From the NCBI RefSeq assembly GCF_009914755.1, contig NC_060942.1: DNA of 64,000 bases; one strand, 5' to 3'. This stretch comes from the human T2T-CHM13v2.0 reference genome, Homo sapiens. Shown piece after piece: positions 1-15,054 of this stretch; positions within the stretch are counted from its first letter, which is position 1; the number at the start of each line of letters is the position of its first letter. A model generated the notes under the pieces. It was not told the DNA's origin. It saw only the letters and a program-made list of their open reading frames with translations, and ran no database searches. The position numbers and the translations under genes were made by a program.

Positions 1-109
1 CAGGTCAGGTTTGGGAATGGGGTGGGAGATAAAGAGAAGCACAAAGCATGTTCTCCTTTCTTAGGTTTTCTAGAATGCAGGTAAGTGTGGGCCTAATTCT
101 CCCACACAC

Positions 110-426
110 TTTTTTTTTTTTTTTTTTGAGACAAAGTCTCACTCTATCGCTCAGGCTGGAGTGCAGTGGAGTGATCTTGGCTTACTACAACCTCCGCCTC
201 CCGGGTCCAAGTGATTCTCCTTCCTCAACCTTCCGAGTAGCTGGGATTACAAGTGCCTGCTACCACGCCTGGCTAATTTTTGTATTTTTAGTTGAGATGG
301 GTTTTCGCCATGTTGGCCAAGTTACCATGTTGGCCAAGTTGGTCTCAAACTCTTGATCTCAAGTGATCTGCCCACCTTGGCCTCCAAAAGTGCTGGCATT
401 ACAGGTTTGAGCCACGGTGCCCAACC
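110..426 (-). mobile_element. Alu (AluS-like)
   Basis: Poly-T plus dimeric Alu consensus; internal 17-bp duplication of ccatgttggccaagtt(a). Confidence 0.95.
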
Positions 427-774
427 CCAATCCTTCCCCTTTTTGGGAAACAGAAATGCCCATGTATGTGGAGCTAAGTGAGACAGAGGGGTTGTCATGC
501 TTCACTATCCCCTTGTCCCATGCTGCAATCCGTTATTTCAGACGTGAGGAAGGCCCATCTTGTGGTGTGAGGCAGTGGGCTCATCCTGGGGAACAGCCAC
601 ACGCCCTCTAAGCCAAAACACCTGCTAAGGAGGAAGGAGACTGTCTCCTCACACCATGCCTGTCGCCACCCTTTGCTCTAACAAGGGTACTAGATAATAA
701 TACTGCTGTGGTACACCTAGCACTTAGCTTGGGCCCAGCCTGCACCCAGGGACTTACATAATGATGTTTGTCAT

Positions 775-920
775 CAACCCACTAGGCAGGGGTTGTTAGC
801 CCTGTGTACAGATGAGGAACCGAGGCTCAGGGAGATGAAGTTTCTCTCCCAAGGCCCCCAGCAATGGCAGAGGGAGTTGAAGCAGGTCGGTCTACCCCAA
901 AGCCTGTGTTGTTGAGCACC
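775..920 (+). mobile_element. MIR fragment
   Basis: MIR core acagatgaggaaccgaggctcag. Confidence 0.75.
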
Positions 921-1192
921 GAGGCTCCAAGTGCTCAGATGAATCACCTCGCGTCTGTCTGGGTATCAATTATCAGGCAGCTGTGCCCGTGCTCCGGGGT
1001 CCCCTGTGATTAACCATTTGCCACCCCCAAGGCTGCGCTGCATCCCAGCTGCTCTGTCTCCTGGTTAGGAGCTCAACACAACCACAAGCACCATCATCAC
1101 AGGACTCGTGCCATCTAATTAAGGGACTCAGTCTAGCGTAGGCTCGTATGATTTTCTACTACTATAACGATTGTAAATCTTTATGTATTTAA

Positions 1193-1578
<386 letters not shown>

Positions 1579-1997
1579 AGGATGGCTATTCTTATGATAA
1601 AGGCTAAGATATTTATTCTTCTTTCCCGCTTTGGAATTCATATACCTGAGAACTCTATGATTCACCCTCTCACTACTAATTTTAGAAAACAAGCTGTCCT
1701 TTTCCATTCCCTCAAAAACAATAGGAGTCCAAGTAATAAATGAACACTAGGAAGTCATAGCATCATATGTAACATGTTTAGCATCCTCCCTCCTGACATG
1801 GATGCTGTTCACATGTTCACTGATAAGGAGCCTGAGATTCAGAGAGGTTCAGTGGTGTGTTCACATAGCTGAGACTAGAATCCAGGTCTCCTAACTCTCA
1901 GTCTTGCCCCCTTTCTGCCAATACAGTGTCTCTCTTGTATTTCTAGATCAAGGCAAAGAGGACACTTTGATAGTTCTCCCCACACTTGTGTGTCCAT

Positions 1998-2000
<3 letters not shown>

Positions 2001-2035
<35 letters not shown>
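2001..2035 (+). repeat. (TG)n microsatellite
   Basis: About 17 TG units, ~290 nt upstream of the acceptor. Confidence 0.98.
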
Positions 2036-2039
<4 letters not shown>

Positions 2040-2327
2040 TGTGGGTGGATAATATGTAAATGCAAGAACTGTGATGTACTCAACTCAGGGTCCAGAGGGT
2101 GCTGCAGTGTGGTGTTTCTCAAAGTGCATCTATGGCTTGTCAGGTTAGGGAGAGAAGGCAGCACTCGGGACCTTGTCCATTTATTCTGAAAGGAATACAT
2201 GTAAAATAGTCCCATAGGGGTGTCAGAAAGCTTGGCCTTAAGGTCAAAAGAGCACACCCTGAATACAGGTTTGCGCGTTTGCTGGTGTGTGAGCTAACAA
2301 ATGCCACTCTCACACGGTTTCTTTCAG

Positions 2328-2349
2328 TCCCACTGTGGAGCTTCCCTGA
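2328..2349 (+). CDS. Possible last coding codons of the upstream gene (xPTVELP*); reading frame unresolved
   Basis: After the acceptor one frame stops at TGA 2347-2349. The other two frames give SHCGAS...EESYC* or ...GTALL* (stop 2534-2536). The upstream exon is outside the window, so phase cannot be fixed. Confidence 0.25.
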
Positions 2350-3174
2350 GGGTGCCCGGGCAAGTCTTGCCAGCAAGGCAGCAAGACTTCCTGCTATCCA
2401 AGCCCATGGAGGAAAGTTACTGCTGAGGACCCACCCAATGGAAGGATTCTTCTCAGCCTTGACCCTGGAGCACTGGGAACAACTGGTCTCCTGTGATGGC
2501 TGGGACTCCTCGCGGGAGGGGACTGCGCTGCTATAGCTCTTGCTGCCTCTCTTGAATAGCTCTAACTCCAAACCTCTGTCCACACCTCCAGAGCACCAAG
2601 TCCAGATTTGTGTGTAAGCAGCTGGGTGCCTGGGGCCTCTCGTGCACACTGGATTGGTTTCTCGGTTGCTGGGCGAGCCTGTACTCTGCCTGACGAGGAA
2701 CGCTGGCTCCGAAGAGGCCCTGTGTAGAAGGCTGTCAGCTGCTCAGCCTGCTTTGAGCCTCAGTGAGAAGTCCTTCCGACAGGAGCTGACTCATGTCAGG
2801 ATGGCAGGCCTGGTATCTTGCTCGGGCCCTAGCTGTTGGGGTTCTCATGGGTTGCACTGACCATACTGCTTACGTCTTAGCCATTCCGTCCTGCTCCCCA
2901 GCTCACTCTCTGAAGCACACATCATTGGCTTTCCTATTTTTCTGTTCATTTTTTAATTGAGCAAATGTCTATTGAACACTTAAAATTAATTAGAATGTGG
3001 TAATGGACATATTACTGAGCCTCTCCATTTGGAACCCAGTGGAGTTGGGATTTCTAGACCCTCTTTCTGTTTGGATGGTGTATGTGTATATGCATGGGGA
3101 AAGGCACCTGGGGCCTGGGGGAGGCTATAGGATATAAGCATTAGGGACCCTGAGGCTTTAAGTGGTTTCTATTT

Positions 3175-3220
3175 CTTCTTAGTTATTATGTGCCACCTTC
3201 TTAGTTATTATGTGCCACCT
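3175..3220 (+). repeat. 22-bp perfect tandem duplication
   Basis: cttcttagttattatgtgccac x2. Confidence 0.95.
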
Positions 3221-3614
3221 CCCCTATGAGTGACGTGTTTGATCACTAGCAGAATAGCAAGCAGAGTATCATTCATGCTGGGGCCAGAATGATGGCCGGT
3301 TGCCAGATATAACTGCTTTGGAGCAAATCTCTTCTGTTTAGAGAGATAGAAGTTATGACATATGTAATACACATCTGTGTACACAGAAACCGGCACCTGC
3401 CAGACAGAGCTGGTTCTAAGATTTAATACAGTGCTTTTTTTCCTCTTTGAAATATTTTACTTTAATACCAGTGCCTTTTCTTGTTGAACTTCTTGGAAAA
3501 GCCACCAATTCTAGATCTTGATTTGAATTAATACACACAATATCTGAGACACTTACACTTTTCAAAAGATTTGTGTATGCATTGCCTAATTAGAGTAGGG
3601 GGAGAAGGGCAACT

Positions 3615-3730
3615 ATTATTATCCCTATTTTACAAAACTGAGGCTTAGTGAGGTTCAGCCACATGCCTAGACTTATATACTAGTTAGTGGTGCAGCCAGG
3701 GAGAGGACTCAGATTTCCTGGAGGCAAAGT
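3615..3730 (+). mobile_element. MIR fragment in 3'UTR
   Basis: attatccctattttacaaaactgaggcttagtgagg core. Confidence 0.75.
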
Positions 3731-4125
3731 CTATCTCTGAAACTCCATGAAGACTTTTGCAGCCAGTTCCCACCAATATGCCCCAGACGTGAGACAAACA
3801 AGGACTTTTTTTTTTATATAGAGCCATCCATAAAATCCTAAGCCCTTTTATTAATGTATAACCAGGAGAACATCTGTGCCAACGGTTGGACTTTTTATGG
3901 CTGAGATTCGGGAGGAAGTGTGACACCAAGCAGGAGAGGAAGAATGATTTTCTTTGTACTTAGGTTTTCTAAGGACATTGTTTTAATCTGTATCGTGCCA
4001 AAGTTGTATCACTGTTAAACTTCTGAAGACATAACCAGTTGAGTCTTATTTCAAGATATGTTCTCAAGCCAATTGTGTGCTTCTCTTGTTTCTGTGATTG
4101 CTTTCTAGCCAAAGCGAAGCTTGTA

Positions 4126-4460
4126 CAGGTTGAGTATCCCTTATCCAAAATGCTTGGAACCAGAAGTGTTTCAAATTTTAGATTATTTTCAGATTTTGGA
4201 ATGTTTGCATATACATAATGAGATATTTTGGGAATAGGACCCGAGCCTAAACACAAAATTCATTGATGTGTCAGTTACACCTTATCCACATAGCCTGAGG
4301 GTAATTTTATACGATATTTTAAATAGTTGTGTACATGAAGCATGGTTTGTGGTAACTTATGTGAGGGGTTTTCCCATTTTTTGTCTTGTTGGTGCTCAAA
4401 AAGTTTTGGATTTTGGAGCATTTCGGATTTTGGATTTTTGGATTAGGGTTGCTCAACCCA
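4126..4460 (+). mobile_element. Tigger4b/Zombi (MER46-type) non-autonomous DNA transposon
   Basis: Terminal inverted repeats (TIRs) caggttgagtatccc... / ...gggttgctcaaccca flanked by TA; cggatttt repeats. Confidence 0.85.
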
Positions 4461-4687
4461 TATTATTGGCTGTACATCCTGGTCACTTCTGACTTCTGTT
4501 TTTACTAATGGAAGCTTTGCAAATTGAATTCTCAGTGAGTTGTATATTTATACACCTGGCTTGAAGCCTTAATTGTATATAATGATGCTTTTTAAAAAAT
4601 GCTATTTGGAAGACTATTTATTTCTCGTGTATATAATGTATATAAAAAAATATGGTTAGTGTTTACCTAAGGTTAACCAATTTCAAG

Positions 4688-4747
4688 ATTAAAATTTTTA
4701 AATAGTAAAATAATAAAAAATTATAAAGTTCTTAATGGTCTGACAAC

Positions 4748-4778
<31 letters not shown>
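4688..4778 (+). terminator. Cleavage/polyadenylation signal region
   Basis: ATTAAA 4688-4693 and AATAAA 4712-4717, followed by a long T tract at 4752-4778. Confidence 0.65.
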
Positions 4779-5067
4779 GAGACAGAGCCTCTCTCTGTCA
4801 CCCAGGCTGGAGTGCAGTGGCAATCTTGGCTCACTACAACCTCTGCCTCCTGGGCTCAGGTGGTCCTCCCACCTCAGCCTCCTGAGTAGCTGGGATTACA
4901 GAGATGCGTCACCATGTCTGGCTAATTTTTGTATTTTTAGTAGAGATGGGGTTTCGCCATGTTGGCCAGGCTGGTCAGGCTGGGTTCGAACTCCTGGCCT
5001 CAAGTGATCCGCCTGCCTCAGCCTCTGAAAGTTCTGAGATTATAGGTGTGAGCCACCGTGCCTGGCC
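4752..5067 (-). mobile_element. Alu
   Basis: T27 tail plus Alu consensus. Confidence 0.95.
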
Positions 5068-5429
5068 AATTCTTAAAGTTTGAAAGAATATAGCTGCCCC
5101 AACCTAGAGTCTGACAAAAAGTTACTCTAATATAAGGCATATTCTTTATTTGACACTCATCGTTAGCAGAAGTGGACAGCAATTCACTAAAGAACCAGAA
5201 CAAGAACATCATTTCACTGAAGACGAGAAGAAAAATTATTTCAATTGTAGCAGCTTGAAGGCCTGAAGGTGGATGTTAGGAAGAACAGGGAGCATGGCTG
5301 GACACTGGGGAGCATTAGTGAGATTATTAGGTTTGGTTGAATTGGAACTAGATATCAGTGACTTAGACCAGAGGGAAGCTGATTTCTCTATTGGTTAAAG
5401 TCCCAGCTGGTAGTAAGGTTCTATTCTAC

Positions 5430-5680
5430 AGGCCAAGAGGGCTGCAGGTTCTTAGTTTTTCACTGTGCCATTCATGGGGTATTCCTCGCATCCCCACAGC
5501 CCAGGGGTCCCCTACCAGCCAATGGAAAGCCAGAAAAGGGAAGGGATGAACAGTCTCCTCTTAAAGACATGACTGAGAAGTTGCTTACATTCTATTGGCC
5601 AGAAATAAATCCATGGTCACATGACAGGCTGGGAAATACAGTCTTTATTTAGGGTGCCCATGGGCCCTGCTGAAGATCCA
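5430..5680 (-). mobile_element. MLT1 (MaLR) LTR fragment
   Basis: cattctattggccagaa...ggctgggaaatacagtcttt motif typical of MLT1J/K. Confidence 0.6.
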
Positions 5681-5687
5681 ATTACTA

Positions 5688-6374
<687 letters not shown>

Positions 6375-7375
6375 TAGTTTTTTCTCTGCTAAAGCCAGCG
6401 AGATAGACCAGAGTACCCTTTAAATGATTAAATCCTGTAGTCAATTTTTAGTAATCTTAAATTGATCTATGACTATGAAGTATAATGCATTACATCAGTT
6501 TGACTTTATTTCTGGTCTTAAGTGTGAAAACATTTCTAAATGACAAGGAAGCTCTTTATAAAGGGCTTTAGTGATGGTGGAAACTCCACTGTCCATCTCT
6601 ACCAGGACATTCTGAAACCAGGCTTGATAATGGCTGTAGGGAGTTGGGTTAGACAATAAGAGATAAGTTCTTAACTTGGTTCAGATGTCAGAGGAAAGCA
6701 GAAAATGGTGTCTCTGGCATAGTAAAGAAAATTGTTGAAATTTCCCAAAGGAAGAGTCATAGCCTGGATGACTGCAAGTGCCTTCTTTGGCTTGGGGGTT
6801 CAGTTACTAGTTAGAGTCAGGGGAACTTCCACAGGACTTCCTTTGACTCTCCAAACAAGCTGAAGCCCCAGACCCCTTGGAAGGATGGATACAAAGTAGG
6901 TACTAGAACAGTCTTTGTCATCAAATATGGTATTTCTCAGGTGTCACCTCTGTGTTCAGAGCTACCCTGAGCCCTCTGCCATGTAAGCTCTCTGATGGCA
7001 CAGATTTTTATCTGGCTTGTTTTCTGCCGTTATCTTAGAAGCTAGAATAGTGTCTGGAACATCATGGGTATTCAATGAATATTTAAATAAATAGATGAAA
7101 TTAGATATAAGAAACTAGGTGCTTAAACAGGCAGGAGGTAATCTGGGAAAAGAGCAGTTAGTTTGGAATCAGAATTCTTGGTGTGTCATCCAGCATTATG
7201 TGAGTTTTAGGCTAAATACAGCCTTTCTGAGTCTCTATCTGCTCATTTAAGAAACAGAGACAATACTGCTCAGGGTTGTTGTGAATGTTAAAGGTACATG
7301 GTAAAAAAGAAAGTATTTGTGTTTTGTAAACATTTGAATTGATAAGAGGACAGTGTGAGACAAAAATAAAATCCT

Positions 7376-8170
<795 letters not shown>

Positions 8171-8178
8171 ACTCCTTA

Positions 8179-8487
<309 letters not shown>

Positions 8488-9175
8488 GGCCACAGAAATG
8501 TCCATCCAGCAGGTGGACAATTACCCTTTTGTCAGCCGTTCCTCTGTTGCTGACCATTAGATCCACATTTCTTTTCTGTCCGCCCTGGTCCCCTGGTGCC
8601 CCCTTTCCTGGCCCCTGTGACATATTGTCATGTAGCTCCAAGTATTTCCCCCCCTCATATCCCTCAAGTGCTCCATTTTCCAAATGCATTTGACTTCCTA
8701 CTCTCTTAGCCCCAGCTCTCTGGTATTCTGTGTAGCTGACTTCCACAAGGGATCTGTTGGGAGCTTGTAACTGAACTGAAGTCATGCACATTGTCAATGG
8801 CTAGTAGACCTTTACCTGGTCCAGAGTTGTCTGCATTGTTTAAAGAAGACGTTTGTTAATCCAAATTAATCTTTGATTTGCATGGAGGCAGTAGGTCAAA
8901 TCAAAAGGAAATTTTCCTCTCCCTAGCAAGCAAACTCAGAAACAAACAAACAAACGAAAACCAAGAAACAAAAGGAAAGGTTCCTGTTGGGATAGAGAAA
9001 CAGTGGAGCAGGGCAGCCACCTTACACATAGGCTAGATCTGCTTGGGAATCTTTCTTCTAATCGAGGCCCCTAAAATATTCCTGATTTTCACAGTTGATT
9101 TCATTTCTTCCCTCCTGAACTTACAGAGCCTTTCAGTAAACACCAGTATTTGTCCCTCCCCGTGTATGCCCAGTG

Positions 9176-9207
9176 GTTTCCATGGCAGCAACGGTTGCCA
9201 TAGAGAG
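9176..9207. promoter_or_regulatory. Tandem RFX X-box-like motifs
   Basis: GTTTCCATGGCAGC and GTTGCCATAGAGAG, 4 bp apart. Confidence 0.4.
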
Positions 9208-10024
9208 GTGAAGAGAGGTGTTGGTGCCCTCTTTTGTAACTGTGGGTTATCTATAGATTGGGGGTGGCCTCTCCTAAAAAAGACTAATATGTAAATAAAA
9301 GGAATAAGAATCAAACAAATATAAATCAGGGCTCAAGTCATTTGTTTTCCTAAACCTTTGTGGTTATCCATACCATTTAACCTTGACTTTCCTTAAATCA
9401 TACCGGTGCGTGTGTGTGTGCAGAGGGAAAGGGCTGCAAGAAGACTCTGGAAGCTAGGACAGGTCTCAGCAGGTGAGGGCTCAGGCCCAGAGGCCAGCTG
9501 GGGCAGCAGGGAGCAGAGTTATCTGGGCCATTTGCTAATTATCTCAGCCCAGACGAGTCTGCACGCTATGTGGTTTAATACCTTCACCAGAGGCAAATGG
9601 TTTTGGACTCACAAGAATTGCTCATGGCCAGAGGCAATGGACAGATGCCATATGAGAAAGGGCTGAGGCCAGGAACAGAGGCAGGGTTATCTCACTGGAA
9701 TGGAGAAGCTAAAATGACATTATCTTTACTTCTGCCCTGGTTATTATCCCAAGGCAACTTCAGTGGGCTTGTTTTGAAGTCAAAGCCTCAACTATTTATT
9801 GTGAGGGAGATAATTCATTTTCATTTTCCTGCCAGAGATGTCAGTCTTACTATTCATCCTGTATCCTCTATTAGATACACAGAGCTTCTTCCTTCTGCTT
9901 AGGCTGCCCCAAATTCCATATAGGATTCTTTTTGAAGAATATATATCATCCAAAAAGAGGTCCTAGGAAATGTGGCTTCACAACCCTGGGGTTTGTTTCC
10001 CTGGCTGCTGTCTCTCTCTCTCTC

Positions 10025-10323
<299 letters not shown>

Positions 10324-10429
10324 ATGCTGCCTCTCTCTCCTTCAAGGTAGACTTCCTCTTTCCTTCCCCTTCTCCCTGCTTCTTTCTCCTTCTCCTCTCC
10401 TTCTCCTCTTCTCCTTCTTCTTCTCACAG

Positions 10430-11495
10430 CTTTTTATTGACTTATAACAGGCACACAATAAACTGCACACAGGTAAATCATATAATTTGACATTTTGGTA
10501 CAGGAAATCATCATGAAACTGAAAGCATTACCACATCGAGATTGTGAACATACCACCACCAGAAGTTTTCTTGTGCCCCTTTGTAATTCTTCCCACTGCC
10601 CTCTCCCCAGGTTGTCCCTGATCTGCTTTTTGTCCTTGTAGATTAGTTGCATTTTCTAGAATTTTGTATAAGTGGAGTGTATCTACAGTATGTTCTCTTT
10701 TGTGTCTGCCTTCTTGTACTCAGCATAATTATTTTGAGATTCATCCACGTCTTTGCATGGATCAGTCATCTGTTCCATTTTATTGCTAAGCAGTATTCCA
10801 CTGTATAGATAAATAACATTTTGTTTATCCATTTACTTGTTGATGAACTTTAAGTTGTTTCCAGTTTTGAGTTATTAGAGTAATGCTACTATGAACATTT
10901 GCATATGAATCCTTGTATGGACATGAACTTTCATTTCTTTTGGGAGTAGGATAGCTGGATCATATGGAATGTATATGTTTAACTTTTAAATAAACTGCCA
11001 AACTGTTTTCCAAAGTGGTTGTACCATATTACATTGCCACCAACAATGTATGAGAATTCCAGTTGTCCTATATTCTCTCCAACATTTGATATCGTCGGTC
11101 TTTTCAATTTTAGTCATGCTAACAGATATATCATGGTACCTCATTGTGTTTTAACTTGCATTTACCTAATGACTAATGATGCTGAGCATATTTTAATGTA
11201 TTTATTTGCCATTGACATATTTTCTTTGGTGAAGTATCAGTTCAAATCTTTTGTCCATTTTGAGGGAGGTTGTTTGCTTTCTTATTGAGTGTTGGACATT
11301 CTTTATGTAATGGATATAAGTTCTGGACTTAAGTTCTTTATCAGACATATGCTTTGGAAATGCTTTCTCCCCGTTCGTTATTTGTCATTTCATTCTCACA
11401 TTAGTGTCTTTTAAAGAGTGGAAGTTTTACATTTTGATGAAATATAATTTATCCATTTGTCCTTTTAGAGATTTTGCTTTTAGTATCATCTGTAA
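10430..11495 (-). mobile_element. L1M (MB/MC) 3' portion
   Basis: gagattcatccacgt, ctgccaaactgttttccaaagtggttgtacca motifs. Confidence 0.9.
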
Positions 11496-11551
11496 GAAGT
11501 TCACAAAGACAAACACCTGGTTGGTGGGGAGGGGCTAGGGGAGGTGGGTCA

Positions 11552-11645
11552 CACTAACCAGGTGTTTGTCCTGAGAACTCACCCCAATAAACTTCTGCAT
11601 GCAATCTCCATCTCAGACAGTGTTCCTGGGGAATCCAACCTGACA
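11552..11645 (+). mobile_element. LTR16-like (ERVL) LTR 3' end
   Basis: ccaataaacttctgcatgcaatctccatctcaga...gggaatccaacctgaca. Confidence 0.7.
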
Positions 11646-12380
11646 GATGATTATTTCCTAATCAGTTTGCAAATAATGCAAGGACTTAAAAGATTGTAAC
11701 TATCAATCTTCAGGCAGCCCGGGAGGCTCAGGTATGAGAGATGGGAAAAACAGAGAAGCAGTTTGTCAGTGGCCCCAGATGGTGTAGAGTCCAAGTCACT
11801 TGCCTTAGTCCAAGGGGCTTTCCCTCTCACACCTCACATCACTGAGGGAATCCAGCTGACAGTGGGAGGGGGAGAAAGTACCTGGCAGGCTTCCGCCTTC
11901 TCAGTGTGGCAGGGACCTGGATGACACAATGAGGAGAGAGCGGGAAAGAAGGAGACTTTTTGTATAGGGCCAAGGGAAGCTGAACAGAGGCTCACCCACT
12001 GGGAATAGGGGATCACAGCATTGGAGGGGAGCCCTGATGAGGAAGGTAGACAAGACGACTTTGTAGCTTTTCTTAATTCCTGTTCAATGGGGGCAGAGGT
12101 GGGAGATGAGAAGTCAGAGGAAATTGTACCAGAGGTACGATCAAATTGAACGTTATGGTATTCAAACATTTTTATTCACCTGTGGATGTTGATGAAACCA
12201 AGTGAACAGAACCAAGGGGTGGGCGAACAAGATCTAACAGATGTGTTTCCTAATTACTCCTTTGCCACAGACATTAACCAACATTGCGTCTTCCATCTTG
12301 ACATAAATCTTGTCCTATTCTGTCCCAAGGGTATGTGCCCCCCCTTTTTAAGTTAGAATAGTGCCTTCAAAAAAGACTTG

Positions 12381-12515
12381 GGCTGGCCAAGCGTGGTGGC
12401 TCATGACTACCCTCCCAGCTACTTGGGAGGCTGAGGCAGAAGGATAGCATGAGCCCGGCAGTTCAAGACCAGCCTGAGCAACATAGCAAGACCCTGTCTC
12501 TAAAAAAGTTTTAAA
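12381..12515 (+). mobile_element. Alu monomer (FLAM-like)
   Basis: Single Alu arm. Confidence 0.85.
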
Positions 12516-12879
12516 ACAAGCAGTCTTGGGCTTCCTCATGTCAGTGAGCTTCACTTTATAGAGCAGAGATACTTATATATATTTTTTGTAAATTTAATTG
12601 TAAAATAATGATGAATACATTAATTGTATTATAAAGTCCTTTCACCTATGTTCCCTCATTTCACCTTTACAATAATCTATGTGGTAGGTATTTGTCCTTG
12701 GCAGAGGAGAATGCTGAGTTCAAGGAGGTAAGTGGCAGGTACTAGGCATCTTAGTGAAAAAACTTGGATTAAAACTTGGGTTCATGGATACTAAAGCCTG
12801 AGCTGTATCCTTCCCTTACAAGCACTGCAAGAATTTGCCTTTCTGATGACTCCTCTAGTGAGTCTCTCTCTCCTCTCAG

Positions 12880-13039
12880 GTAGAAATATGATTAGACAAG
12901 GTAGGTCAGATGAGTCCTTTATGGCCAGCTCTTACACAGACAGGCATGGGGAGATTCGAGTAGTATATGATATCTTTAGGTTTCATGCCTGGCTTTGGGG
13001 GAAAGGGGTTCTGGTTTCTATGACCTGCCTTGGGGAAGA
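12880..13039 (-). mobile_element. MER39-like LTR fragment (inverted copy of 14156-14316)
   Basis: Reverse complement differs from 14156-14316 at about 10 of 160 positions. Confidence 0.9.
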
Positions 13040-14031
13040 AATTTGGATATTCATCTGTTATGAGGTGGGGACCGCCTGCTTTCTTTGGGAAAGCATCCAT
13101 TTCAACACTTTCTCATAAGAAAATGGACAGTGAAGAAATAATCTCTCTCATGCATCAGGCTGGTGGGAGATTGGTAGTTGCCAAGATTTCCAAACTTGCC
13201 CAACTGGCTCTCTAGGGACAACCAGTATCACACACATTCATGAAGAATGGCCTGGAGATGTTTTACCAGCAGAATTTCCTCCTGTGATGGGAAGGGACGC
13301 CACCTGGAAAGAGGAGCAGCTACGGGAACAGGAGGTGCAAGGAGAAGGAATCTATGAACTGAGTCCTGGACACGCTCCAGCTATCAGGTAAGCTCAGAAG
13401 GTTCTGGAAGTCATGGAGTGTCCAGCATGAAGCCAGGCCCTTTTCAGTCCTATCACATTTAATCCTCAGTGTACTGGTGTGAGGCCAGTTTTTCTTTCCT
13501 TTATTTCAAATGGGAAACGGAGTCTTGGAGAGGCTGAAACGCCAAGGCTTAGCAAATGTAAGTGGTGGTTAGGATTTGAGTCCAGGTCCTCTGACTCCAA
13601 AACTGTTGTTTTTAATCACTGTGTTGTACTGAACATAGAGTGAGGCAGGATAATGAATTGTATTGCATTCAGACCCATATTTAAAATACTTCTTCAACAT
13701 TTGCTTACTGAGAGGGGAGAGGCTGGGGGTGGGGGAAGGGGCAGGACAGCATCTGGCATGCACTCTTCACTTAGCAGAGTCCGCTAGGTCATGTAATGCT
13801 CCTCCTGCCTTGTAAGACAGACCAGAGCTGCTCTGTGCTTACCTGAGCTTATTATCGGGAGACATCATCTTTCCTACCTCAACCCGCCCATCAGAGAATC
13901 CCTTACAAGCACAAATAGTTTGGACCCTGAGAGGTGGCCTTGTAAACGGCGTTGCCAGAAGGGTGGTATGCTGAGTTCTGGTTCTCCAGGCACTGCCACT
14001 GTTTCCCATATGGTCAGGCCACAAGCCACAT

Positions 14032-15050
<1,019 letters not shown>

Positions 15051-15054
15051 TAAA

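Larger units (their letters stand above)
2328..4735 (+). other. Terminal exon (mostly 3'UTR) of an unidentified upstream gene
   Basis: Branch point CTAAC at 2294-2298, pyrimidine tract and TTTCAG acceptor ending 2327. About 2.4 kb of mostly unique UTR-like sequence follows, becoming AU-rich, with ATTAAA 4688 and AATAAA 4712. The 3' end is inferred. Confidence 0.7.

Noticed and set aside
2328-4735. Assigning a gene symbol to the terminal exon
   Set aside because: Too little coding sequence; I do not reliably recognise the UTR.
10342-10429. Long pyrimidine tract ending in CAG (strong acceptor or H-DNA candidate)
   Set aside because: Best explained as the decayed tail of the adjacent antisense L1; no partner donor evident.
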